Both the position numbers and the translations under genes were made by a program. A stretch of 50,028 nt of DNA from an uncultured Verrucomicrobiota bacterium (lineage in GTDB: Bacteria > Verrucomicrobiota > Kiritimatiellia > RFP12 > UBA1067): contig CAMOIK010000001.1 in the NCBI GenBank assembly GCA_946615875.1, positions 1 through 50,028 on the forward strand, written 5' to 3'. Below are positions 26,806-35,070 of the stretch, one piece after another. Below the pieces are notes generated by a model. It made no database searches and was not told the origin of the DNA. It was given only the letters and a program-made list of their open reading frames with translations. Within the stretch, counting starts at the first letter, position 1, and every line of letters begins with the position of its first letter.

Positions 26806-27663
26806 TCAGCGCCATAGGGCGTTTACCATCTCGCACGCGATTTCGCCGGCGATTAAGAGCGAGGATGTGGAAATCTTGTCGATGGTGTCCCTGGAAGTGT
26901 GCCAGTAGTCGTTCAGGCCCGGTGCGCTGCCGTAATCGAAGTCGATGAGATCGACCGCGCTGAACCCCAGCGATCTGAACGGCAGATGGTCGTCCTTGAC
27001 GCTTTCGCGCATTTCCGTCACCAGCCCTTCGTGGCCTGTGCGGCGGGCGCAGTCTATGGCGAGGCGGCGCAGTTCCGCGTTGGTGTTTCGCGGGAGCGAA
27101 ATCTTGAGATTGGCGTCGCCCAGCATGTCCAGGCAGATCACGGACTTGATGTCGCGCCCGGACGTTTTCAGGCGCATTGCCGCCTCCTTGGAGCCCCAGA
27201 GCCCGTCTGAAGGGCCGTAGGCGAACATGCATTCTTCGCCGTCAAGCCACATGAGCATGAGGTTCCCCGGCAGGTTTCGGCATTTAGAGGCGGCCTGTGC
27301 CATTCCTATCAGAATGCCGCAGGTGGAGGCACCGTCGTTCGCGCCGGGACATTTGACGAATGGCTTGGTGTCGTAGTGCGAAACGACCACCACCCATTTG
27401 CCGGTCGGGCAAACTTCCCACTCGGCCACCACGTTGTGGAACTCGCGCATTCCCACGGGCGTTGGTGCCGTGAAGGTCTCGATGCGGGCGTTCGCGCCTT
27501 GCAGCAGCGCGGCGTTGCGCAGGTGGTTTGCTGCGAAGTGCCCGCGCGCTGTGCCGGCGTCGCGCGGAGTGCAGGAGGCGACCAGGTTGCATGCCGAGGC
27601 GAACGCCGTCCTGGCGTTCGCCTCGGAGAACGCGAGCGCGGTCGCTAGCAGAAAGGAAAGCAT
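26806..27663 (-). CDS. secreted M28-family metallopeptidase / glutaminyl-cyclase-like protein
   Basis: The M28 metal-ligand contexts are SHYDT, GANDGAS, LDGEE, CLDMLG and WHTSRD. The signal peptide is MLSFLLATALAFSEANA. An alternative TTG start exists at 27693. Confidence 0.75.
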   Translation of the reverse strand: MLSFLLATALAFSEANARTAFASACNLVASCTPRDAGTARGHFAANHLRNAALLQGANARIETFTAPTPVGMREFHNVVAEWEVCPTGKWVVVVSHYDTKPFVKCPGANDGASTCGILIGMAQAASKCRNLPGNLMLMWLDGEECMFAYGPSDGLWGSKEAAMRLKTSGRDIKSVICLDMLGDANLKISLPRNTNAELRRLAIDCARRTGHEGLVTEMRESVKDDHLPFRSLGFSAVDLIDFDYGSAPGLNDYWHTSRDTIDKISTSSLLIAGEIACEMVNALWR

Positions 27664-27694
27664 TGCGGCATGCGGAGCTGTCGCCCGCGTCAAA

Positions 27695-28738
27695 CTACTC
27701 GACCTTGACGCCCATCATGCGGATGATGCGATCCAGGTCGTCATTGTCGTAGAAGTCTATCTCCACCATTCCCTTGACGTGTCTGCCGTTGGCGTGCGTC
27801 ACGCCGCTGCGCACGCGCACGGCGCAGCCGAGAAAACGGCGCATCGCGTCCTGGAGATTGCGGACGTACGACGACGTGAGATCCGGAACGCCTCGCGGCG
27901 CATCCGGCACGGGGGACTTGAAGCGATCGACCTTGCGCTGGAGAGCCAGGACGGTCAGCTGGTCGTTCACGCAGTCGCGCGCGAAGAGAGTGCGGGTCTT
28001 CTCGTCGTCGAGCGAAAGGAGTATTTTTGCATGGCCGACGGAGATGAGTTTCGCCTCCAGCATCGACTTCACTTCGTCGGGAAGTTCGAGCAGGCGCATG
28101 GCGTTGGCGACGGTGGCGCGAGCCTTGCCCACTTTCTCCGCCACGTCCTGCTGCGTGAGGCCAAACGAGTCCTGCAGGGTCTTGTAGCTGATAGCCTCTT
28201 CGATGGGGTTCAGGTCTTCGCGCTGCAGATTCTCCGTGGTGGTCATCGCGGCGGCGGTCAGATCGTCCGCCTCGATCAGAGTGACGGGTATCTTGCGCCA
28301 GCCAGCGAGAAGGGCGGCGCGCAGACGGCGTTCGCCGGCGATGAGCTCGTATTTGCCATTGGAGTTCTTTCTGACGGTCGGCGGTTGCACGAGACCGCTG
28401 TTCTTCAGCGACTCGGCCAACTCCCGCAGTTCCTCTTCCTTGAAGTCGCGGCGTGGCTGGTATGGGCTGCGCTCGATGTCGAGGATGGGTAGTTCCGTCG
28501 GACCGGTCCGCTGCTCCTCGGACGAAGTCGACGGCTGCTTGCTGTCTGCGGTGGCGGGCTTGGCCACCACTGTCTTCGGGCCTTGGTTGAACTTGGGCGG
28601 CGCGGGCATCGTCGGCACCGCCGAGCCGGTCAGCAGCGAATTGAGGTCGCGGCCCAGGCCGTGCCTCTTCTTCGACGGCGCATCGTCGGCTTTGGCAGCC
28701 GTCGTGGCCTTCTTAAGGAATGGGCTTTTCGCGGCCAT
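27695..28738 (-). CDS. parB: ParB/Spo0J chromosome partitioning protein with a ~90-aa low-complexity N-terminal extension
   Basis: The ParB box is YELIAGERRLRAA and the HTH is LTQQDVAEKVGKARATVANAMRLLELP. No parA lies adjacent. Confidence 0.9.
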   Translation of the reverse strand: MAAKSPFLKKATTAAKADDAPSKKRHGLGRDLNSLLTGSAVPTMPAPPKFNQGPKTVVAKPATADSKQPSTSSEEQRTGPTELPILDIERSPYQPRRDFKEEELRELAESLKNSGLVQPPTVRKNSNGKYELIAGERRLRAALLAGWRKIPVTLIEADDLTAAAMTTTENLQREDLNPIEEAISYKTLQDSFGLTQQDVAEKVGKARATVANAMRLLELPDEVKSMLEAKLISVGHAKILLSLDDEKTRTLFARDCVNDQLTVLALQRKVDRFKSPVPDAPRGVPDLTSSYVRNLQDAMRRFLGCAVRVRSGVTHANGRHVKGMVEIDFYDNDDLDRIIRMMGVKVE

Positions 28739-28765
28739 AAGTTGCAGCGACCGGACGGCGCAACA

Positions 28766-28802
28766 ATCCGGCGGAGAGCGCAGAGGCGCAATTCCGCCGG
28801 AT
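28766..28802 (-). terminator. hairpin between the repeat-protein gene and parB
   Basis: ATCCGGCGGA (28766-28775) and TCCGCCGGAT (28793-28802) form a perfect 10-bp stem with a 17-nt loop. On the minus strand TTGTTG follows it. It is a weak terminator candidate. Confidence 0.3.
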
Positions 28803-28825
28803 CCCAGGCCGTCGGCGCGTTAACG

Positions 28826-29533
28826 TCAGAAGCGGCCGTTGACGAACGGCAGCACGGGGATGACGTTCGACCTGACGATGTTCACGAGACCGATCTGGAA
28901 GCCGTTCTCGCAGTAATCGACGTAGTTGACGAGTCCGACCTGCGCACCATGGAGCTCGTCGGTCATGTTGAAGAGGCACGCCAGCTGGAGACCGTAGGCG
29001 GTGCGGGCGAGGTTGCAGGCGCCCGCGATGGTGCAACCGTAGCTCTCCGTGCCCGTCACGTTCGCGAGTCCGCCGATTTGCAATCCGCACACGTTTTGCT
29101 GCGCGTTGCCGATGAAATGCGCGTCGAAGCCGTACATCGAGTCGCGGAAGGCGATCATGCCCATTTCCACGCCCTTGACGGTTTTGCTGGCCATGTTCAA
29201 TCCGCAGGTAAGGCGGATGCCGTAGGCGTTTCCGACGGCGGCGTTGCAGAAAGCACTCAGGCAGACTCCTTTCATGCCCCTGCGTGTCAGCGTGGCGGCG
29301 CCGCCGATGTCCAGGCCGACCATCTTCGGAGCGTCGGAGTAGATGAGGTTGAAGTCCAGTCCGTACACGTCCCAGCGGTCGATACCCCAGGGCAGTTGCA
29401 CGGGGGTGGCGATGCCGATGGCAATCGGCGTCCAGCCGACGGTATCCTCGAGTTCCTCGGCGTCCTGTGCGAACGCGGGAGCGGTTGCCGCGAGAGCGAG
29501 CGCGGCCATTCCAAGTCCGATTGTGCGGTTCAT
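28826..29533 (-). CDS. secreted, probably outer-membrane, protein built from ~11 short G-x-Q/x-hydrophobic-G-L-x-N repeats
   Basis: ATG at 29533 follows AAGGAG. The signal peptide ends at AFAQ. Repeats of about 15 aa include GLQIGGLANV, GLQLACLFNM, GAQVGLVNYV and GFQIGLVNIV. The C-terminal residue is Phe (VNGRF). Confidence 0.65.
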   Translation of the reverse strand: MNRTIGLGMAALALAATAPAFAQDAEELEDTVGWTPIAIGIATPVQLPWGIDRWDVYGLDFNLIYSDAPKMVGLDIGGAATLTRRGMKGVCLSAFCNAAVGNAYGIRLTCGLNMASKTVKGVEMGMIAFRDSMYGFDAHFIGNAQQNVCGLQIGGLANVTGTESYGCTIAGACNLARTAYGLQLACLFNMTDELHGAQVGLVNYVDYCENGFQIGLVNIVRSNVIPVLPFVNGRF

Positions 29534-29569
29534 TGTTGTCTTTTCTCCTTTGAGTTGAAAAAGTTGGCG

Positions 29570-29585
29570 CATATTTTACCCTTTA
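29570..29585 (-). promoter_or_regulatory. weak candidate -10 (GGGTAAAATATGCGCC; TAAAAT at 29578-29573) overlapping the pssA stop codon
   Basis: It shares the TAAAATATGCGC part of the box but lacks the TG. It lies about 40 nt upstream of the ATG at 29533. Confidence 0.3.
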
Positions 29586-30433
29586 TTGGCCTCGTCTGTC
29601 AAGCCCCTCTCGTATTTTGTGCGGCCTTTCAGGAACACGATGCCGGTGAGCGGGACGGTGAGGATGTATATGGCGCCAGCCACGCCCAGCGTGAGCCAGA
29701 AGTCCATGAACAGGCACGCGAGCAACAGGAGCAGCCCTGCCATCACGTATGGCAGGGCGCCGCGCCGTATGTGGACCGACTTGAGCGAGATCGTGGGCAG
29801 GCGCGAGGCCATGAGCATTCCCACGAAGAGAAGCATGGCCATGCCGAACGCCGGACGCTGAACGAAGGAGGAGAAGGCTGGCGCGCGCGACTTGAGGGTG
29901 AGCGCCAGTATGGCCGGAGTGAGCACCATCCAGCAGCCGCCTGGCGCAGGCACTCCCGTGAAGAAGTGCTTCCAGTATGGAAGGGTGGGCTGCTCAAGCA
30001 TTGTGTTGAAGCGCGCCAGCCGGAAGCAGTCGCAGAGAGCATAGAAGAGTGCGCAACCCAGCACCACGCGCACCACGTAGGGCGACACGCCGTCGTGCAG
30101 AGGCCCGCCGGTTAGCCAGTAGAACATGAACATCGCCGGGGCCACGCCGAAATTCACGAAGTCCGCGAGCGAATCCAGCTCCGCGCCAAGTTTGCTCGCG
30201 GCTTTGAGCAGCCTTGCCACCCGCCCGTCCATGCCGTCGCATATGCACGCTACGAGCAGCGCCACCAGGGCCTCCACGAACCGCCCCTCGCTTGAAAGCG
30301 AAATGGACGTGATGCCGGCGCACGCCGCAGTGCTGGTGATCAGGTTGGGCACGATAGCCCTTAGCGGTATCCTTTCCGCGCGCACTCCCTCGTGCCGACG
30401 GCGCCGCCGTCCTCTCAGCCTGAATTTTCCCAT
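29576..30433 (-). CDS. pssA: CDP-diacylglycerol--serine O-phosphatidyltransferase
   Basis: The CDP-alcohol phosphatidyltransferase motif is DGMDGRVARLLKAASKLGAELDSLAD. It is a multi-TM protein adjacent to psd. Confidence 0.85.
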   Translation of the reverse strand: MGKFRLRGRRRRRHEGVRAERIPLRAIVPNLITSTAACAGITSISLSSEGRFVEALVALLVACICDGMDGRVARLLKAASKLGAELDSLADFVNFGVAPAMFMFYWLTGGPLHDGVSPYVVRVVLGCALFYALCDCFRLARFNTMLEQPTLPYWKHFFTGVPAPGGCWMVLTPAILALTLKSRAPAFSSFVQRPAFGMAMLLFVGMLMASRLPTISLKSVHIRRGALPYVMAGLLLLLACLFMDFWLTLGVAGAIYILTVPLTGIVFLKGRTKYERGLTDEANKG

Positions 30434-30458
30434 GGCGAAAACAAAAGTATGCCGTTAG

Positions 30459-31181
30459 TCAGCCAAGTCTGCCTAGCACAGTCTCGCCCGCCACCATGAT
30501 CTGGCCGACGCGCACGAGCGGTTTCACTCCCTCCGGCAGGTAAACATCGAGGCGCGAACCGAAGCGGATCAGGCCGAAGCGCTCGGCGCGCCCCTTGACG
30601 TCGCCCGCCTCCACCTGCGGGACGATGCGCCGCGCCACCAGGCCGGCGATCTGCGTCACCGCGTAGTCGCGCCGCGCACCGTCGCCGCCTTCCGGACGAA
30701 CCAGGTAGTTGCAGCGCTCGTTCTCCTTGGACGCCTTGTCGAGCGACGCGTTGAAGAACTTCCCGGCGGCCACGTACTGCTTGCGGAGTATCTTGCCGGC
30801 GGTCGGCATCCTGTTCACGTGGACGTTGAAGATGCTCATGAAGACCGAGACGCGCCAGAACCTTTTGTCCTTGTATTCCGGCAGGTCGCCGAACTCGTCG
30901 GGGAACGGGCACTCCTGGACGAGGCATACGCGACCGTCGGCCGGCGAGAGGATGGCGCCGTCGTCTCCTTCCGGCGGGTAGCGCTCCGGGTCGCGGAAGA
31001 ACAGCAGCGTGCCCCACGCCAGCAGCAGCAGCGGCGTCACGGTCCAGCCGACCACCGGCACCCACCACGAAACCACGGCCGCCGCCAGCGCCAGCGCCAA
31101 AGCGATTGCGCCGAACTTCCAGCCTTCGGCGTTGATGTGGGGGAACAGGTATGCCTTGTTGGAGAAATCCGGCTTTTCCAT
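30459..31181 (-). CDS. psd: phosphatidylserine decarboxylase (short form)
   Basis: It has two N-terminal TM helices, a self-cleavage-type motif RFGSRLD near the C-terminus, and is 240 aa. Confidence 0.8.
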   Translation of the reverse strand: MEKPDFSNKAYLFPHINAEGWKFGAIALALALAAAVVSWWVPVVGWTVTPLLLLAWGTLLFFRDPERYPPEGDDGAILSPADGRVCLVQECPFPDEFGDLPEYKDKRFWRVSVFMSIFNVHVNRMPTAGKILRKQYVAAGKFFNASLDKASKENERCNYLVRPEGGDGARRDYAVTQIAGLVARRIVPQVEAGDVKGRAERFGLIRFGSRLDVYLPEGVKPLVRVGQIMVAGETVLGRLG

Positions 31182-31183
31182 GC

Positions 31184-31702
31184 TTACTTCTTCTTTCTGG
31201 GCGGACCGATCAGCGCTCCGTGGACGCGGCCGAGCGTCTTGGGCGCCTGTTCTACGAAGCAGTCTTCCTTAAGGGTCTCCAGCACGCGGGAAATCACGTC
31301 CTCGCCCAGCTCGCGGTGTGCGTTCTCGCGTCCCCTGAACTGCAGCGTGAGCTTGACTTTGCAGCCGTCGGCGAGGAAGCCGCGTATCTGCTTGATCTTG
31401 TAGTCGAAATCGTTTGTGTCGGTGCCGGTGTGGAACTTGACTTCCTTGACCTTCTGCACCTTCTGGGCCTTGCGCTGCTGGCGAGCCTTGATGGACTCCT
31501 CGTATTTGAACTTGCCGTAGTCCATGATCTTGCACACGGGAGGAGTGGCGTTCGGCGTGATCTCCACGAGATCGAGGCCGCGCTCGTCCGCCATGCGCTG
31601 GGCTTCACGGGTGGCCATGACGCCTATCATTCCGCCGTCCTGGTCAAGCACACGCACCTGCGGCACGCGTATCTTGTAGTTTACGCGAGTGAACTGTCCG
31701 AT
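31184..31702 (-). CDS. infC: translation initiation factor IF-3, probably starting at a non-canonical ATC codon
   Basis: It has PPVCKIMDYGKFKYE and a C-terminal domain KEVKF...LQFRGRE. The conserved N-terminal RVNYKIRVPQVRV lies upstream of the first GTG (31666). An in-frame TGA at 31708-31706 limits the ORF, and ATC at 31702 follows GAGGTG. Confidence 0.8.
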   Translation of the reverse strand: MGQFTRVNYKIRVPQVRVLDQDGGMIGVMATREAQRMADERGLDLVEITPNATPPVCKIMDYGKFKYEESIKARQQRKAQKVQKVKEVKFHTGTDTNDFDYKIKQIRGFLADGCKVKLTLQFRGRENAHRELGEDVISRVLETLKEDCFVEQAPKTLGRVHGALIGPPRKKK

Positions 31703-31735
31703 AACTCACCTCATTCCTTTTTGGATTGTGACGCG

Positions 31736-31753
31736 CATATTTTACCACATTTC
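31736..31753 (-). promoter_or_regulatory. variant promoter box GAAATGTGGTAAAATATGCGCG (TAAAAT at 31744-31739), infC
   Basis: It has TG-G-TAAAAT with the conserved ATGCGCG downstream flank, about 37 nt upstream of the proposed infC start. Confidence 0.5.
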
Positions 31754-31811
31754 GCGTCGTGAACGCAAGAGGAAAGTTGGTGTCCGCGCCGTTCGCGCCG
31801 CCTGTTCGTCG

Positions 31812-32522
31812 TCATGCGTCTATGGCGGGGCGGGCGAGGGTGATGGCCCAGACCCGCGCCGCGCCGGCGTCTTTCAGGGCCTTGGCGCATTCCGAGAGCG
31901 TGGCGCCGGTCGTCATCACGTCGTCCAGCACCAGGACTGTTCGCCCGGCCACGGCGTCCGGCCTGGCGACGGCGAAAGTGCCCGCGACGTTCAAGAGCCG
32001 TTCTTCCCTGGAGAGGCCGGCCTGCCGCCTCGGGCTGCCGATGCGGCGCAGCGTCGACGTGTCGCAGTCGCGCCCGATGCGGCGCGCCAGCTCCCCTGCC
32101 AGGTAGTCGCACTGGTTGAAGCCGCGGTCGAAGCGGTGGCGCAGCGTGAGGGGCATCGGCAGGACGAGTTCGACGTCGGCTGGCCTGAAGCGGACGGAGA
32201 GCAGCGCGGCCAGCCAGTCCACGAAGTCGTCGCGCATCCACACGTGGCCGTTGAACTTGTAGTCGAGGAGCATCCGGCGCGCCATGCCGTCGAAGCGGAA
32301 CACGCTGCCTGCGCGGTCGAAATGCGGCCTCGCGCCGGACCTGCATTCGCCGCAGAGGACCTCGCCGTCGCCCGATTCAATCATCCTGCCGCAGATTCTG
32401 CAGCATCCGTGCGCCGGGTAGAAGGGCACGCGCATGAGGCAGTCCGAGCAGACGTGCCGTCCCCGGCGGTCGCAGGGGCGGGCGCACGCCTCACAGCGTC
32501 TCGGCCATAGCAAGTCTAGCAT
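31812..32522 (-). CDS. ComF family protein (phosphoribosyltransferase-like, ComFC type)
   Basis: It has N-terminal Cys pairs (CEAC...CSDC, CRICG...CGEC) and a C-terminal PRTase motif VLVLDDVMTTGATL. Confidence 0.8.
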   Translation of the reverse strand: MLDLLWPRRCEACARPCDRRGRHVCSDCLMRVPFYPAHGCCRICGRMIESGDGEVLCGECRSGARPHFDRAGSVFRFDGMARRMLLDYKFNGHVWMRDDFVDWLAALLSVRFRPADVELVLPMPLTLRHRFDRGFNQCDYLAGELARRIGRDCDTSTLRRIGSPRRQAGLSREERLLNVAGTFAVARPDAVAGRTVLVLDDVMTTGATLSECAKALKDAGAARVWAITLARPAIDA

Positions 32523-32988
32523 TGGCGGCGAAGTCTGCCTGGAGGCTGGCGCGGCGGCGCAGTTCTTCGTCGGTCAGCGGGGCGAGGCCTTTCGAGCGCA
32601 GATACCGCAGCGCCTTGCGGTAGGCCACGGAGGCGCCGTCCACGCCGCGCAGGGCGGCGGCGTTCTGTCGCGTCAGGAAGTCGTTGGCCCAGCTGCCGTC
32701 GGCGTTCTGCGAGCCGACGAGTTCGCGCGCGGCGTCCGCTCCGCCATACGCCAGAAGATACATGGCGGGGCGGCGCAGGCGCGCGGAGCCATCCTCGCCG
32801 CCGCTTTGCGCGCCGACGAAGACCGCCGCAACGCCGATGGCGAGCGCGGCGGCCGCGGCGGCGGCATACGCCGTCTTCCGCCAGGCGGCGGCGCTGGGCG
32901 GGCGGTCGCCGAGGCGGCGCATCCGCGCAACCATCTCGCGGTAGCCAGGCCCCAGCTCCCTCAACGTGTCTTCCAGGTCTGCATTCAT
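32491..32988 (-). CDS. putative anti-sigma factor (single-pass membrane protein)
   Basis: Its ATG overlaps the stop of the ECF sigma gene by 4 nt. It has one central hydrophobic helix (AYAAAAAAALAIGVAAVFVGA). The call rests on position and topology only. Confidence 0.5.
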   Translation of the reverse strand: MNADLEDTLRELGPGYREMVARMRRLGDRPPSAAAWRKTAYAAAAAAALAIGVAAVFVGAQSGGEDGSARLRRPAMYLLAYGGADAARELVGSQNADGSWANDFLTRQNAAALRGVDGASVAYRKALRYLRSKGLAPLTDEELRRRASLQADFAANARLAMAETL

Positions 32989-33464
32989 CGCTCCAGTTCC
33001 TCCTTCAGTTTCTTAAGGGCGTTGAACATGCGCGACTTCACCGTGCCGGCGGGGATGCCGAGTATTTCCGATATCTGCGCATACGGCAAATCCTGGAAGA
33101 CCCCCAGCTCCACCACTTCGCGGAGAGGTTCGCTCAGGCGCGAAACCGCCCAGAGGACATCGTCGCGCTCCATTCCCGTCGCGGACTGCGCCACGGGTCT
33201 TTCCGCCTGCCATGCCTTTTCGCGCCGTTCGCGCCGCGTCGTCCGGCGCAGCGCGTCGATGCGCACCTGGCGGGCGACCGTGAACACGAACGTGGAGAAT
33301 TTCGCCGTCGTCTCCCTGTACTGTCCGCGATAGTTCCAGAGCCTGAGGTACGTCTCCTGGAGAAGATCCTCGCCTTCACCAAGTGAAACGCCCTGGCGCC
33401 AGAAGAAGTTCAAAAGGTTTTTCTCGAGTTTCCTGGCTTCCGCCAGGATTTCGTCACCCGACAT
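32985..33464 (-). CDS. RNA polymerase ECF-type sigma factor
   Basis: The region 2 motif is EDLLQETYLRLW and the region 4 HTH is LPYAQISEILGIPAGTVKSRMFNALKKL. Confidence 0.85.
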   Translation of the reverse strand: MSGDEILAEARKLEKNLLNFFWRQGVSLGEGEDLLQETYLRLWNYRGQYRETTAKFSTFVFTVARQVRIDALRRTTRRERREKAWQAERPVAQSATGMERDDVLWAVSRLSEPLREVVELGVFQDLPYAQISEILGIPAGTVKSRMFNALKKLKEELER

Positions 33465-33861
33465 GCCGCGCGACCTCCCGCACTATGTTCGAGTACTCGA
33501 AGCCGACGCCGGCTGCCGCCAGCACCAGCACGGCCAGCGCGCTCACGAGCAGGCCGACGGCGAAGCCGAAGATGGCGTCGGCCGGCTGCGCGAGCAATCC
33601 GTTCACGACCTTCTTGACCACCGCGCGGATGCAGCCGAAGACGAGGAGCGAAACCGCGAGGGCTATGGCGCCGCGCACCCACATCTGCATGGCCCAGCGC
33701 GTCAGCCACCCCCAGAGGAACATGGCGGTGGCCGTGGCCCCCGCGCCCGCCGCGACGAACGCGAGCGAGCCGGAGAAGCCTCTGAAGAGGCCCATGACGG
33801 AAAGCGAGAGCGCGGCGGCCCCCAGCGCCCAGTCGCCCGGCAGCATAGTGATGTTTGCCAT
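33454..33861 (-). CDS. CvpA-family membrane protein
   Basis: It is 135 aa with four hydrophobic segments, an architecture typical of CvpA (colicin V production) proteins. Confidence 0.6.
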   Translation of the reverse strand: MANITMLPGDWALGAAALSLSVMGLFRGFSGSLAFVAAGAGATATAMFLWGWLTRWAMQMWVRGAIALAVSLLVFGCIRAVVKKVVNGLLAQPADAIFGFAVGLLVSALAVLVLAAAGVGFEYSNIVREVARHVG

Positions 33862-33897
33862 GTCTCGTCCGGCTTGCGGGTGGAAGGTGGCGCGCGG

Positions 33898-35070
33898 CTA
33901 TTTCCTGCGCAGTGGGATCGTCTCGCGATACCGCTGATAGACGTCGGCGGCCTTGGCGCGGTTGGAGCGCCGCAGGGCGCGGATCAGGCCGTCTATGGCG
34001 GTGATGTCGCGCGCGTTCGCGGCCACGGCGCGCGAATACGCCTCCGTGGCGATGGCGTACTTCTTGAGTTCCATGGCGAGGTCGCCCGTCTTGATGAACG
34101 TCTTCACGGCGCTCGTGCGGTTCTTGCACGCCTCCTGGTAGTATTTGAGGGCGTTTTCCTTGCCGCCCCTGAACTTTTCCCAGGCCTGCGCCAGCCCGTA
34201 GGCCGCCTCGTAGGAAAGCGGATCGGCCTTGTTAGCGCTCGAATAGAACTGCTTTGCCTTGGTGTAGGCGCCTTTCTTCCACTCGGCGTCGGCCTTTTTC
34301 AGCTCCTGTGCGCACGCGGCGACGTCCCTGCCGGCGGCGCCGGGGCGGGAGGCGTTGGCCTCGTTGATGATGCGGGCGAGGTTGGGCATTTCGTCGCGCT
34401 GCACCCTGTGCATCCTGGCGTCGGCCTCGTTGGCGAGCTGGAGATAGGCGCGGAAGCACTCCAGCGCCGCTTCGTTGTAGCCGAAGCTGTCGCGGTAGAG
34501 GAGCGCCATCTGGTAACGGGCGGCGGCGTTGCGGCGGTCGATCGAGATCGCGCGCAGGAACTCCGTTCTCGCGCGGTCGCGCAACCAGTCGTGCTGCATG
34601 TCGGTGCCGCACATCGCCATGTCGATCACGCCGAGCGCCGCATACGCCTGCGAACGGACCTCCGCCGGGACCGTCTCGTCCTCCGCCAGCGGCAGATAGA
34701 GCTCGCGGGCGGACTCGAACTCGCCGGCGTGCCAGGCGATCTGCGCCAGCAGTTCGCGCACGTCGATGTCGGAAGGGGCGAGCGCGGACGCCTTGACGGC
34801 GGCGTCGCGCGCCTCCTTTATCATGCCGCGCCCGATGCGCGATAGCGCGAGCGAGACGAGCGCATCGACGTTGTCAGGGGCCAGTTCGGCGCATTTGGCG
34901 AACAGCTGCTCGGCCTTTTCGTAGTTCCTGGCCTCCAGCGCCTTCTGCGCTTCGGCGTATTCGCCGGAGCCGTCGGACTTGGAGCAACCCGCGAAGAGGA
35001 GCATCGCGCCGGTCGCGGCCAGCGCGGCGCGCAGCGCGGCGTCAGGCGCGTATGACAGCAAGGAACTCAT
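33898..35070 (-). CDS. TPR-repeat lipoprotein
   Basis: It has the lipobox LLFAGC and multiple TPR-like helical pairs (YEKAEQLFAKCAEL..., YNEAALECFRAYLQL..., YAIATEAYSRAV...). Confidence 0.7.
   Translation of the reverse strand: MSSLLSYAPDAALRAALAATGAMLLFAGCSKSDGSGEYAEAQKALEARNYEKAEQLFAKCAELAPDNVDALVSLALSRIGRGMIKEARDAAVKASALAPSDIDVRELLAQIAWHAGEFESARELYLPLAEDETVPAEVRSQAYAALGVIDMAMCGTDMQHDWLRDRARTEFLRAISIDRRNAAARYQMALLYRDSFGYNEAALECFRAYLQLANEADARMHRVQRDEMPNLARIINEANASRPGAAGRDVAACAQELKKADAEWKKGAYTKAKQFYSSANKADPLSYEAAYGLAQAWEKFRGGKENALKYYQEACKNRTSAVKTFIKTGDLAMELKKYAIATEAYSRAVAANARDITAIDGLIRALRRSNRAKAADVYQRYRETIPLRRK

Noticed and set aside
27695-28738. A parS site within or next to parB.
   Set aside because: By eye I found no match to TGTTNCACGTGAAACA in or near the gene. 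Absence cannot be proven without a pattern scan, so no site is reported.
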